From the NCBI GenBank assembly GCA_964016885.1, contig OZ024758.1:11718001-11782000 (forward strand): 64,000 nucleotides of DNA, written 5' to 3'. Positions 48,912-63,069 of the stretch are shown one piece after another. A program made the translations under genes and the position numbers. The notes under the pieces were generated by a model, which was given only the letters and a program-made list of their open reading frames with translations, ran no database searches and was not told where the DNA came from. This stretch comes from Eledone cirrhosa (taxonomy: Eukaryota). The first letter of the stretch is position 1, and each line of letters opens with the position of its first letter.

Positions 48912-49142
48912 AGTAATAATAATACATTTGAAGAGTAAAATCCAAAGAGGGTTCGATAAGGATAAATATATATCAAATATATAAGAACCGTAGAGCAAGT
49001 ATTTATTAAAATAACAGATTAAAGTTTAAGCAAAGAATCGGTGCTTTCACCCTTAACGGGATCTTCTGAAACTACACATTTCAGAAGATCCCGTTCGTTA
49101 AGGGTGAAAGCAGCGATTCTTTGCTTAAACTTTAATATGTTA

Positions 49143-49150
<8 letters not shown>
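48912..49150. mobile_element. Family A foldback copy
   Basis: Arms invert around ~49072-49078. Confidence 0.85.
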
Positions 49151-49203
<53 letters not shown>

Positions 49204-49522
49204 ATAAAACATTCATTCTTTGGCTTGGATTGGTGTTCGCTTTTATATCTTTTATATCTCCATATTTTATTTATCTGGCAATCAATGTTTATCAGTGATT
49301 AACCAACGGTTAAAAATACAGATATAAATATATATATAGGAACCAGTAAGACCCCGACGGCTGAGCTCAAGCCGTTTCGACTATTAGTCCAGAATTAGCC
49401 GTCGAAACGGATTGAGCTCAGCCGTCGGGGTCTTACTGGTTCCTATTACCCACTCTACTACCCTAAGTATTGAGTACTTTTGTGCGTTATGGTCCACCTG
49501 GTTCCTTACCACATTTCCTTCG

Positions 49523-49570
<48 letters not shown>

Positions 49571-49571
<1 letters not shown>

Positions 49572-49614
49572 ATCAAAGTTCTTTCGTCACACATTTGTGA
49601 CATCATCAGTGGTA
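49571..49614 (-). ncRNA. Stand-alone minimal hammerhead motif next to (TA)n
   Basis: TACCA-CTGATGA-T-GTCACA(AATG)TGTGAC-GAAA-GAACTT-TGATA. Confidence 0.72.
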
Positions 49615-50209
49615 CTATATGATTTCGCATATATTTTATTATATAAACGAGATAGAGACGAGGATGCATTGTTGCACTTTATGTTTAATTCTAATACACA
49701 ATCATTAACATATCTAATGACTTGGGACATCGTGAATGGATGTCTAGGTCGTGGGCTGATTTCACTTAAAATTTAAATATATTCAATGAAATAAATCATG
49801 AAATATAATGATTCATAACATTTATATTGTAACAGCATTTATAGCTAATATTTCCTTCATATCAAATACTATCACTAAATAAGCGTTTCATTTGGCTCAA
49901 TTATAAAATAATTCATATATGAGACCTATATTACTTGTGGTATGGCACCATTATCAATCTAAAATCACCAAATATTCGGTGTATATATTAATCAAACTCT
50001 TCTAATTTCACTGTAGAACATCCCTATACATAAGAGAGAAAGGGAAATGAAAATAGCACAATGCAAAATATAATCTATTTTTCAGTCACTATTATCTGAG
50101 TGTTCTGTTGATGAATACATTTTAGCCTGATTAATTAGACTTTGAAATAATATAGACGGCCATTTTACATACTCCTTTCAGTGCCAGCTAGCGCTGATGT
50201 TATATATAT

Positions 50210-50259
50210 AATGTGGAGAAGCTACACACGGAAACCGCCGAAGATCGCGGTCGAATCTT

Positions 50260-50295
<36 letters not shown>

Positions 50296-50997
50296 TATAT
50301 ATAATAAATAATAATAAATAAATTAGACAATTATCAAAGTTGTGTTCAAATCATTTAATAGCTGACAATCGTTTCTTCCAAACTCTCATTTTGAGTCATC
50401 GGAGCATCATCAATGTTTATACATGTAATTAACCTCCTATTCAACTGAACAATAATATAGATACATATATATTGATGTTATGAGCAACAGTTTCGTATTT
50501 ACAGGGTGGAATGGATGTGACATATATTCTACGAGAATTGTACAAAAATTCAAATTGAAATTAAAGGCACAGAGTGGAATACATGCAACAGATAATACAA
50601 GAGAATAGTCTAATAATTAAAGAGGCATTGAGAAAGGAGCTTTGAGGAAGAAAGAGTTCAGTTGAATAGGAGGTTAATTACATGTACAAACATTGATAAT
50701 GCTCCGATGACTCCAAATGAGAGTTTGGAAGAAAATATTGTCAGCTATTAAATGATTTGAACACAACTTTGATAATTATCTAATTTATTTATTTTCCTGC
50801 TCTGTAAAACACCTGATGTTCTTACATTGAGCTATTTCTCTTACTGGTAATAAGGTAGTAGGAAATTACTGACCTTTCCTGTTTATAGTTATTTATACGA
50901 TATACATAACTATAATTAATATTATTATTATACATATATATATGTGAAGATTCGACCGCGATCTTCGGCGGTTTCCATTTGTAGCTTCTCCACATTT
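50210..50997. mobile_element. Nested foldbacks: outer arms 50210-50262 / 50944-50997, inner arms ~50313-50450 / 50656-50793
   Basis: Reverse-complement arms read directly. Inner arms carry GCT-CCGATGA-C-TCCAAAT(GAGA)GTTTGGA-A-GAAA-ATATTGTC-AGC (50701-50745; mirror 50361-50405). Confidence 0.8.
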
Positions 50998-51675
50998 TTT
51001 CAGAAATAATCCTCAATCTCTACCGCACTAATATACTGATTCCCCATACCAATCCTACCATGCATCACGTACTATTCTGGTTTGTCGTCTCCCCTAAGTA
51101 ACTATTGACCTCTCCACATTGAAACTGGTACTATAGCAGTGATACATGCTATCAATACCTCCAATATAATTACATTTATTAATTGTTAATTTCACTTATG
51201 TTATTTTCCGTTTCGCATCCACATATATATTTAAACCTGTAATTTTACTATAGATAATTAAAATATATTTCAGTTATTTTAAAAAGAATTTCTATGTCTT
51301 TCAATGACAGACTGTCGAGAAAAGTTAGGCGTAAAGAAATAAACAAATAAAGAAAACGTAGATAGATGCAGGTTGACAAGCAGTATTGAATGTTAATAAG
51401 ATTGGAGTGACGAATTCAATTCCTATGTTATCATCTCCATCAGGCCCTTTCCTTTTTCTTTCTTTCCAGTTTAAATATATCTTAGATCTCTATTCATTAG
51501 CCCTTTTCTTTGCCTTTCAAACCAGATTCCTAATTATTTTTTTCAACTCCAAAATCAGCGACTTCTTTGCAGGAATTTCGGCTGCACATATAATCTGAAT
51601 ATAGGATTTTTGAAACTACCATCTTGTGTTCTATCCAAATTTGGTGATAGAAGATCAGCAGTTACTTGTTATACA

Positions 51676-51776
<101 letters not shown>

Positions 51777-51920
51777 AGAAACTAGGAAGGATTCAGTTAG
51801 AAACTAGTTAGACCATTACTCACCAGAATACTCTCGATATTTGAATGAGTCTGGAATTAGTTGTTGACACGGCAAGAGCTCAGCCGTCGGAGTCCCGACG
51901 CATTCATATATATATATATA

Positions 51921-51952
<32 letters not shown>

Positions 51953-52257
51953 AGAGCGTGTGTAAAGAAACAATGCAGTTAATAATAAGGGGAGTTGAAA
52001 TAATATGAATGCATGCAGTATTTCGCAGCTCTAGCATCAATCTATCATAGTCAGCTTCTGAACATTTCAGGCGATCCTCGTATAAAATAATTCAGGATAG
52101 CTTTTATATGAGAGTAGATTCACATCTATTTAAATGGTGATGACAGCTCGTGCAACATATATATTAGCACTGAGTAATCATTACAAGAAGGCTTCCAGTT
52201 TAGATAACACGCACAATCAGTATATGCAAATACAAATATACATATATACATATATGC

Positions 52258-52297
<40 letters not shown>

Positions 52298-52666
52298 ATG
52301 TGTGTGTGTGTGTGAATATACATTGGCAGGTTTTAATGTGACGGTACATGAAGCGTGGCGCTCTTTGAGAGACTATTTATCTATGAATAGTATTAATGGG
52401 ATTTTACACACACAGAGACAGAGGCACACACACACACACACACACATACACACACATACACACACACATGTTTCTGTTGGAGGCGAATAGGAAAACATTT
52501 ATATGTTTATGTATAATAAATATTCACAAGCACCACTCTATATATTTACATATATGTTACTTGTATGACTCACGCTGTGTTAGGTCTACTTTTAAATCAT
52601 ACAGTATACTTATATAATGTGTATATATAATGTGTATATATAGTTAATATAATTAGTTAATTAGTT

Positions 52667-52932
52667 AATTGTTTCTACTTTAGGCACAAGGCCAGCAATT
52701 ACCCAGTGCATTACTGGTACTTTATTTAGTTAATTAGTTAATATAACGGTGGATTGTCAGTATCCATAGAGGGTGGGACGCCATGCTTTCCAGTAGAGTT
52801 ACGTCCCTTTATGATCTGAGTTTAAATCCCGCCGAGGTTAACTTTGCCTTTCACCCTTACGGGGTCGATAACATTAAGTACCAGTAATGCACTGGAAATT
52901 GCTGGCATTGTGCCTAAAGTAGAAACAATTAT
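52667..52932. mobile_element. SINE-1 (52747-52932 +) preceded by an inverted copy of its own 3' end (52667-52727)
   Basis: Matches SINE-1. Confidence 0.85.
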
Positions 52933-52984
52933 AACTAATTATACTTAACTCGTCATATGGACTGAGTACACGTACCCTTGGATA

Positions 52985-53785
52985 TTGCGGGTACAGGCGA
53001 TGCGTGGGTTCTGTATGTTGCGTGCGTGTTTTTTTTGTTCGTTTTTTTGTGTGTAGATGCTTGTATTTGCATACCCATGGCGAGTGTTTTCGCGTATGCT
53101 TGTGTATGTACGTATATGGATGCGTGTATGTATATATATTTAATTTCAATTACCTCTGTATTTTATTTACTTTATTCTTAACTCTGAAGCCGAGAATCTT
53201 TCGGTTTCCTAAATAGAATTTTAGTCTACGACCTAAGTTATACCATTTACGTGGTCTTGTCTTTGCGTGTAATTGTTCTCATTGTCCACATAATGACGTA
53301 TTATCTTCGTTTTTTTCGTTCATTGCCAGAGAACGTCTCTATGTACCACTTAATAGAATATTAGTCTACGACTTCATTATTTGGTGCGATGAAAACAATT
53401 ACACGCAAAGACAAAACCACGTTTATGCTATAAATGAAGTCGTAGACTAATATTCTATTAAGTGGTACACGTGGAAACGTTCCCTGGCAAAGAACGGGAA
53501 AGAAACGAAGATATTACGTCATTATTTGATGCGATGAAAACAATTACACGCAAAGACAAAACCACGTTTATGCTATAAATGACGTAATATCTTCGTTTCT
53601 TTCCCGTTCTTTGCCAGGGAACGTTTCCACGAACCAAAGTATCGTCTTCCTGTTTTCCTTCGGTTGAAACGTTTTTTGAAATATTTTCTTCTGCGTTCAC
53701 AGATTGACTTTTTTAGTTTCAGAACATCCCGTTAAGGGTGAAAGCAGCGATTCTTTGCTTATACTTTAATCTGTTATTTTAATAA

Positions 53786-53787
<2 letters not shown>
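52985..53787 (+). mobile_element. Family A copy in opposite orientation with an internal inversion/duplication (~53375-53580)
   Basis: Reverse complement of 45058-45500 and 46440-47010. Confidence 0.8.
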
Positions 53788-53837
<50 letters not shown>

Positions 53838-53886
53838 AAATAATTAATTCAAATATTTAAAATGTGGCTTCATTTATTAAAGGTGT

Positions 53887-53940
53887 ACTGCTATATATAT
53901 TTCTTTGAAGCCTTCCTTGGCTGTGACCTCTTCAGGCAGT
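53887..53940 (-). ncRNA. Hammerhead motif in foldback island 53833-54225
   Basis: ACTGC-CTGAAGA-GGTCACAGCC(AAGGAA)GGCTTCAAA-GAAA-TATATATA-GCAGT; related to 42402-42459, but the base of stem II is weakened. Confidence 0.68.
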
Positions 53941-54289
53941 CCGAATTGGTGTGGTAGAGACGGGTACACATGCTGTTGAAGTGTTTAACTCCGTCATTAC
54001 TGCAATATGCCCAGTTCCTGGTTGGGTTGTTATTTCTCTGAGGAACTGGAAATATATATAGCAGTACACCTTTAATATACGAAGCCAAATTTTAAATATT
54101 TGACTTAATTATTTTATATTACTCCGGAGTAATCAAACCAATCTGCGCACTTCGTCGAGTGCTCCAATCTGCATACTGAGGTGTCAGTAAACAACTAACC
54201 CGGGTAATAATATATTACCCGGGTTCGGATCGGATCTAACTGTCGAAAGGGTCGGAGCTCAGCCGTCGGGGGTCCTGATTCTTTTCATA

Positions 54290-55388
54290 TATACATATAT
54301 ACATATATATATACATATATATACATATATATATTATATTTATATATACATATATATATTATATTTATATATATATATATATATTATATATATATATATA
54401 TATATATTATATTTATATATACATATATATATTATATTTATATATATATATATATATATATTATATTTATATATACATATATATATTATATTTATATATA
54501 TATATACATATATATATACATATATATATTATATTTATATATATACATATATATATACATATATATATTATATTTATATATATACATATATATATACATA
54601 TATATATTATATTTATATATATACATATATATATACATATATATATTATATTTATATATATACATATATATATACATATATATATTATATTTATATATAT
54701 ACATATATATATACATGTATATATTATATTTATATATATATATATATACATATATATATTATATTTATATATATATATACATATATATATTATATTTATA
54801 TATATATACATATATATATTATATTTATATATATATATATATATACATATTATATTATATTTATATATATTATATATTATATATTATATATATATATACA
54901 TATATATATTATATTTATATATATATATATATATATATTATATTTATATATATATATATATATACATATTATATTTATATATATATACATATAGATATTA
55001 TATTTATATATATATATATATACATATTATATTTATATATATATACATATATATATTATATTTATATATATATATACATATTATATTTATATATATATAC
55101 ATATTATATTTATATATATATACATATATATATTATATTTATATATATATATACATATTATATTTATATATATATACATATATATATTATATTTATATAT
55201 ATATACATATATATATTATATTTATATATATATACATATATATTATATTTATATATATATATATATATTATATTTATATATATATATACATATATATTAT
55301 ATTTATATATATATATACATATATATTATATTTATATATGTATATATATAAATATAATATATATATGTATATATATATGTATATATAT
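54290..55388. repeat. TA-derived minisatellite, unit ~23-33 bp (TATTATATTTATATATATACATATATA...)
   Basis: Regular 33-bp units at 54515-54715. Confidence 0.9.
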
Positions 55389-55649
55389 ACCACAAATGTA
55401 TCAGCATATTTAATATATCAAATATTAAAAGAATATCAACTCAACTATTATAAAACATGCTAGAAATACACTGTGTAGATCATATAAATGCATATTATAT
55501 TTATAATCGTTTTTCTCTGGTAATGTAGACGATGCCGGACATATTTCTTCTTCGTTGAACATCATATCTTTATTGTTCACAAATCTTTATTTTGTTGGTC
55601 TCTTGAAATATTATATTTTTCAATAATTCTCGTTAACTATGTTATCATG

Positions 55650-55687
<38 letters not shown>

Positions 55688-55766
55688 CATGATTTATTTT
55701 ACTATGTTAGCAAGCACATTTATATATATATATATATGTATATATATGTGTATATATATATATGTA

Positions 55767-55817
<51 letters not shown>

Positions 55818-55968
55818 TAAAATATATATATGTATATAAATATATATGTGTGTTTGCATATATATGTGTGTGTGTGTATATATACATATGTATATATCTA
55901 TATATATTTGTGTGTATCTCTCTATATATATATATATGCATATATATGCGTATATATATATGTGTGTT

Positions 55969-56019
<51 letters not shown>

Positions 56020-56024
56020 GTGTG

Positions 56025-56086
<62 letters not shown>

Positions 56087-56476
56087 ATGCATATTGTCTT
56101 GGTTTCATTGTCTGTACCGCATTCGGAAATTGCAGTAATACTCCACTTCACTAACTCAACCCAATGAATCAGAAACATCGTCAGCGGTAACTCCCGGGAA
56201 AACTCACTGAATATTATTAGATATCAACTAATATTACTTTTTTAAGACTTTACAATAACCAATTCTATTTCAAATTTTCAATGCTGTATGAATTAAGTGT
56301 ACTGGCAATATTACATAATGTATATTATCTGCATGAATATCTTAATCAGAAACAGTAGTATGAAATATTTTCAAATGTTGGTAGTCCATACTTGTGGGAT
56401 TTTCAAACCGAAGGAATATATAAACTTGGACAAAATATAGGATATGGACCTTATATTTTTAAGATGTTATGTAAAT

Positions 56477-56667
56477 AACTGTTTCTACTTTTGGCACAAA
56501 GCCAGCAATTATCCCAGTGTATTACTGGTACTTTATTTTATCGACCCCGTAAAGATGAAAGTCAAAGTTAACCTCGGCGAGATTTGAACTCAGACCGTAA
56601 AGCGACGTAACTCTATGCTGCTAAGCAAGGCGTCCGACCCTTTATCGATACTGCAAATCCACCGCCC
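56477..56667 (-). mobile_element. Full-length SINE-1 with a 16-bp TSD
   Basis: ATGTTATGTAAATAAC at 56464-56479 and 56671-56686. Confidence 0.92.
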
Positions 56668-56811
56668 TTAATGTTATGTAAATAACAAAAGGGAAACAGA
56701 GAAATTTAAGGGTTTGTCTTATCTCTAGAATATAAAAAGTCAGTAGGATAAATGATAAATTTAATTCTGGAAATGACATCTTTCTGATGAAGATAATTTA
56801 AAATAATTCAT

Positions 56812-56992
56812 GTGAATTGGATTGGTAGAGAGTCGGGCATCATCTTTCCAGCTTAGCTACTTACCTTTACGGTCTGAGTTCAAATCCCGCCGAGGCTAAC
56901 TTTGCATTTCACCTTTACGGGGTCGATAAAATAAAGTACCAGTAATGCATTTGGATAATTGCTGGCCTTGTGCCAATAGTAGAAACAATTAT
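56812..56992 (+). mobile_element. SINE-1 copy, head-to-head with the previous one
   Basis: B-box, core and tail match. Confidence 0.85.
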
Positions 56993-58269
56993 AGAATATT
57001 TCACTCATTGTATTGAAGGAGAAACAAAATCCAAAAGAAGGCTTGAGCAATATATATTAAATAAATATATTCCTATTTCATTTCTAATAGTTTTCAGGGT
57101 TTTGTAATACGTGCCTACAGATACTCACATACAAATATACGCCTTCTATGTGAAACACACAGTTTAGTGACTTTATGAATTGGTCAATTTTATCTGCTCG
57201 TCTCGTATCAGGAGTTCCCAGAGTAAGCATTGTAATTTAAACAAATATTGTTTAAATGGTAATCTTTTCTCTGAGGTACCTGGTTCAAGATCGAGCAGGT
57301 CAGGTTGACTGATTATTAAAGTGCCTTCAGTGTTAGGGTGTCATAACCTATATACAGAGGGAATAACATCATTTAGCTATTTCTAATATACCGAGACGTA
57401 GACGGTTATATTCTACTACCACCACCGCCACCATATTTAGCACGTGTGTGTGTGTGTGCTCTTGGGCCTGTACACATACGGAAATGCAGGTGACTAAACG
57501 TTTGGAGCTCGCGTTTTAAAAACAAATGTGTAAAAATTGTTTTAAAATGTTGGGATTAGCATTCCATGAGCAATCTATTCATTATCCGCTACTTGACTCA
57601 TTAGATTCTGGTTTGTAATAATTACACTTACGTGAGCGTTTATGTAGCTACTGTCACGAATTTTGAAATACGTTTGAAAAAATCGTAACAAATATCAACA
57701 ACTATATTTATGATAATAAAACCATTCGTGACTGGACAGTATAACAATTAAAATATACTGGAGATTCATTCCCGGTGCTGCTGCGATTTATTGCTAATTG
57801 TTATTTGTTTGTACACTTTCTCTGTGATTTACAACAATACATAACAATATCTTCGTGAAGCTAATGAAGAAGATTTGTTTTCTCACTCATCTCCTGGTTT
57901 TTCTCATCACGCTATAAATATTACATGCAGTATCTCATATTCACAAATTATTTAAAGAGTTTTAAAGTAATTGAAGAAGGTTTCATAAAGTTTTATAGTT
58001 AAAATTATTCATTAGCTAATTGCGATAAACATTATCCTGTTTATGTTGTAATACTGATAGAAATATTAGATTTATTATATAATTTTCTTAACATTGTCGC
58101 TGTCTTTGAATATTTGTTGAATAAATTCTATTGAATTTAAATCTGATAAAAACACAATGCTTCAGATATTTGAAAGCGATATATTGCACCAGAGCTAGAA
58201 TCAAGATGAAATTGTTCCGTATCAGATTGCAACATATATGTGACAGAAATATTTTCTTAATCTTTTTAA

Positions 58270-59673
58270 GAGGGACGCTTATAGAATATTATAAACTGTA
58301 GACAAATGTACACAAATCCATATTCTTGATAAATATATAGACGCAAAATTGGGCATTTGGGAAATAAGTTGATTCGAAAGAAATTATGTATATTAGAGTT
58401 CGATAACCAAGATAAAATATTTTGCCAACAGCTTCCAAACATCAACTCAAGTAAAGAGAAATAAACAAAAGGTTTTAGACGGAAACTATAGGGAAACTTG
58501 TCAGATCACGAGATCTTATTCTAGTGTGGTATAGTTAATCAATTTCCCGGCTGAACGCCATCACTTTAATCAGAGTATTTGAGTGGAATAGACTCTGCAG
58601 AAAAAGAATTGCACGTCGTCGGTTTTAACGTCTTGTTTTCAAGTTTTTAAAGATAAACATTCCCGAGATCTTGTGTTTAGGCCCCTAAATATGGTGTTAC
58701 TGGTTTTGTTCCACATTTCAGGATTGTTTTAAAAGTATTCCTTATAGTTTGATTTTGCCATGCAGAATTAATGGATGAATGATATATGTTCAGTAATATT
58801 TAATAAAATTATACTGGAAAATGCTATATATGAGTACACAGAAAACGGTTTATACAGTTTTTTTTTTAACAAATCTGTCAAGTCACCGCATTATTTTTCC
58901 AATATTGCCTTCATTAATCCTGAGTCATGTTGTGCAACATATAGAGTTCATTTAGATTCTGATAAAGGGTGTAATTAATAAATACCAAGCTGAAATACGT
59001 ATAATACATAATTTTAAGCTATTTGTTATATAAGGATAGCATGACAAAGGAACGATCGACTTTCGTTAAATCGGACCGAGGAAACAATGTTTTCATTGGT
59101 CTTTCCAGCTGCTAATACTATCTACCGGTAGAAGAAGCAACGTGAAATAAAGTGCGTTACTCAAGGAAATAACGCATCGCCCGGTCCGGGAATCGAACTC
59201 ACAACCTCGCGATTGCGAATCCAATTATTTGACCACTCAGCCTTCACATGACAAAGGGCGAGTTTAAAAATATCAATTTATTAAAGGCTACAACAAATGT
59301 CGTATATGCTGCTATGCTGAAAGTATACTTGATTTGAATTTTAGTTTGATTCGATTCGTATTAAATTGTTAAGAATTTGTTGTGAATGAATTCCAAGATA
59401 AATGCTGTAGAAAGAACTAACGAAATTATCACTTATTGCTGATGGTCAGACAGAAACATATGCTATCTTCTATAAACTTAATCTACGAGGAAGAAACAAA
59501 ATCCTGAGATAATCATTTTAATATAAACATTATATTTCTGTATGTGAATTGTAAAAATGTGCAAAATATTTCAACAGTTATGACATAACATGAAATTGCT
59601 GTTCATAATTGAATACCTTAAGTGGATTTATGTACATTTGTCTACAGTTTATAATATTCTATAAGCGTCCCTC
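58270..59673. mobile_element. Non-autonomous DNA transposon with 51-bp TIRs (Kolobok-like ends)
   Basis: TIRs 58270-58320 / 59623-59673 with one mismatch, flanked by TTAA and TTAG, with purine-purine termini. SINE-2 is nested at 59049-59247. Confidence 0.75.
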
Positions 59674-60103
59674 TTAGAAGGCATTTCGAAGAGCAATCTA
59701 CATGCTCAAAACCTCAATTTCCATACTTAATGAACATTTCTAGAAACCACAACCAGAGAACTTGCCGAGAATATTCACGATTGCAAAAATTATTTTTAAA
59801 TGCAAGAATTAAAATAATAATTATTTTGACGCTACGTTACGATGATTTCCAGCTTCAAACATATGGAGCATGGCTTCATACATATATATTGATCTACGTA
59901 TATATCGGAGTTTCTATGTATGTTTATATGTATATATATGTTTACTATGTATGTTAATACGTATATATATGTTTGCTATGTTAATATGTATATATATGTT
60001 TTCCAAGAGATGTCAACATAAATGGACCTGTTATTATTATCTAAGGACATTTTTTCCAATTTCACCCCGCCTGTCCCTTCAATGTATATTATTTTTCATT
60101 GTT

Positions 60104-60139
60104 TCTTCTGATGAAGGACTATCGTCTAAAACGTTAAGA
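60104..60139 (+). ncRNA. Minimal hammerhead remnant (GAAA to AAAA)
   Basis: TCTT-CTGATGA-A-GGAC(TATC)GTCT-AAAA-CGTT-AAGA; downstream sequence is shared with 6170-6268 (inverted) and 43385-43445. Confidence 0.65.
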
Positions 60140-60803
60140 CCCTCTTCCTGCTATTTCAAGCGTTAACCTAATATATTTATTTCATATACTGTACCGATTG
60201 TCTTGTTATTTCTGTTTACCTTTTACACACACACACATAGTATATATATACATACACTAGGAAATGGACTTATATGTCTTGTATTTTCAAACTGTTTATG
60301 AATTATATAGTGTTGCTTATTACGATAACCATTAAAAATACAATTCAATTATTTATTCACCACTCCCTGTACAATATAATTAATACAAACAAATTTATTA
60401 AATTGTCTTCGCTTATTCAGCAGCAGCCGTAGATATAAAAACACTAATGTTGAAAATAAGCAGTTTGTTGATAGACTAAGCAATCAAGAATGATTTATGT
60501 GCACCGAGTTGTTCGATGAAAATAATTATGCAACCAATGTATTAACATATAAATGATTGTATATGCCTCAATTACATGTAGCCTTGAGGTAAATTCTCAA
60601 GTGAAATCAGTGTCACACAATGTAATAAAGCTACTTAGTTAGACTGGAATTGCAATCCATCAGAGGAACTTCAAATAAGATTTCAGTCTACTTTATTCCA
60701 CATACAATGTTTCATTAGACAACGATATTATATTAAATTGCACTCGTTATATTTAACCTGTAGGCTAATAACTGCGAAGCCACCTGAAGCTTGCTTTCAA
60801 ATG

Positions 60804-60855
<52 letters not shown>

Positions 60856-61141
60856 CCCGATGCATGATAAACTTTCCTAAATATGTAGAAATCAAATAAT
60901 TATCAATTAGATGGTGTGAACACGAGTTTGGTTAATTAATACTCAAGAGGTATTTCTTAGAAGACAACTCTTTCAGAATCATTAATTTAAGAATATGCAG
61001 GTAACACTTTTACTGCTTATGTTACACATGCAGCATATATACAAGTAGTAGACTAATTTATTTGAAAGGTAAAGGATAGCGCAATGTATGTAGCAAATAC
61101 ATCAAAAAAGAATTTTTTATATAACAATCTGTAAAACAATA

Positions 61142-61457
61142 ATAATTGTTTCTACTTTTGGCACAAGGCCAGCAATTACCCAGTACATTACTGGTACTTT
61201 ATTTTATCGACCCCGTAAGGATGAAAGGCAAAGTTAACCTCGGCGGGATTTGAACTCAGAATAGCAAGGGCCGTAACTCTGTGCGTCAAAGCATGGCGTC
61301 CGACCCTCTACCGATACTGCCAATCCACTAACAATTAACTAGCGCATTACTGGTACTTTATTTTATCGACCCCGTAAGGATGAAAGGCAAAGTTAACCTC
61401 GGCGGGAATTGAACTCAGGCCTTAAAGGGACGTAACTATGCTGCAAAGCATAGCGTC
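61142..61457 (-). mobile_element. Tandem SINE-1 copies (61142-61329, 61343-61457)
   Basis: Matches SINE-1. Confidence 0.9.
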
Positions 61458-61732
61458 CGACCCTCTACCGATACTACTAATAATACGCAGTTTGTAAATC
61501 AATAAATATATATAAAGGGTCCTACTTACTGAATAGTGATAATTTATTACTGTACTGCTACTATCCAACTTTAGATATTCACCGGTAACTATAACCTAAG
61601 AGACAGAGAAAAGATATAGATTATAGAAGAGAAAACAACTACGGTGAAAATAATCACCAATTTTGTTATGTAACAGTATTTTCCCAACATATTTATGTAG
61701 GTAAAATAATAAATGTTCTTAAAATGAATGTT

Positions 61733-61770
<38 letters not shown>

Positions 61771-61774
<4 letters not shown>

Positions 61775-62140
61775 TAAACGGAATAGAAAATGCTGACAAA
61801 TTGTTCACAGTGAAAAATAGTTTAATTAGGAATAAGTGATAATTAGTAATAGTATTGGTTAGTATTAAGTTTTGGTTTTAAGTTTTACCGGTTGCGCATT
61901 TCTAATGCTTTTCAAACATAATTTTGAGATAGAGCATCCGTGATGTTTGCTCAGATCAGAGCAAACATCACGGATGCTCTATCTCAAAATTATTTTTGAA
62001 AAGCATTAGAAATGCGCAACCGATAAAACTTAAAACCAAAACTTAATACTAACCAATACTATTACTAATTATCACTTATTCCTAATTAAACTATTTTTTA
62101 CTGTGAACAATTTGTCAGCATTTTCTATTCCGTTTACCAA
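61771..62140. mobile_element. 370-bp near-perfect palindrome between two (TA)n tracts
   Basis: 182-bp arms with a few mismatches and apex AGATCA (61953-61958). The right arm has ATGCT...AGCAT-TA-GAAA-TGCGCA, a hammerhead 3'-half-like remnant with no CUGANGA. Confidence 0.85.
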
Positions 62141-62170
62141 TATATCATAACTTGTGTGTTACACCTCTAT

Positions 62171-62264
<94 letters not shown>

Positions 62265-62886
62265 GTTATATAGTAAGGTGCATTATTGGTTGTGTAAAAT
62301 GGTCCAATAAATTTATGTTAGCAATATTAAGTTCTCCACGCTTTTGTATATCTCCAATTCCATTCAAGGGAACAGCTAGATGTTGTAAAACGGAGTATAA
62401 GTATCAAAATGAAAATCCGAAGGCAAGGTAAAATTCCAATCATTTAATCACGACACATGTTTCAATAAGAGATAGATCGATTGTGAAGCCATGATCGATT
62501 ATCACTGATCTCATCAGCTGAAAATGAATTGTCTTCAAATTCTTGATATGAGGGAGAAAAAATAACGATGTTCTCTCACAGAATTCATTCCGTCATATGA
62601 ATTCTGTAGCGATTCACAGAGTTTTAATATACTTCTAAAACTGTGTTATTATGTCAGCGGATTAACCGCCGTGTTTGCAGTTAATGTTGATGTAAACATA
62701 TTAATGCAAATAAAGACGTATATACCCACTTTCATAACTAATAACATTAATATAACAATTTGTGGAAATAATATTATTAATTAAAACATTTTCGTTTCAA
62801 AGATATAGAAAGTAGAAGTCTTTTTTTCAAAATATTTATCCTGGTTATACGATTTCAAGATGGACTTTACACATACACAAACACAC

Positions 62887-62951
<65 letters not shown>

Positions 62952-63069
62952 TATCTGGCCCATCCGGTTGGCGCCCGGCTACCATTGGCGTCTTCTAAGC
63001 CATTCAGATATATATACATAGCTGACGTACCTAGTTTCGCTTGGATAAACAGACGATAAGCCATCTGTG

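Noticed and set aside
50455-50610. Frame ending ...RIVQKFKLKLK upstream of the 50701 hammerhead, a possible GIY-YIG C-terminus
   Set aside because: Position fits, but the similarity is too short and AT-biased to support.
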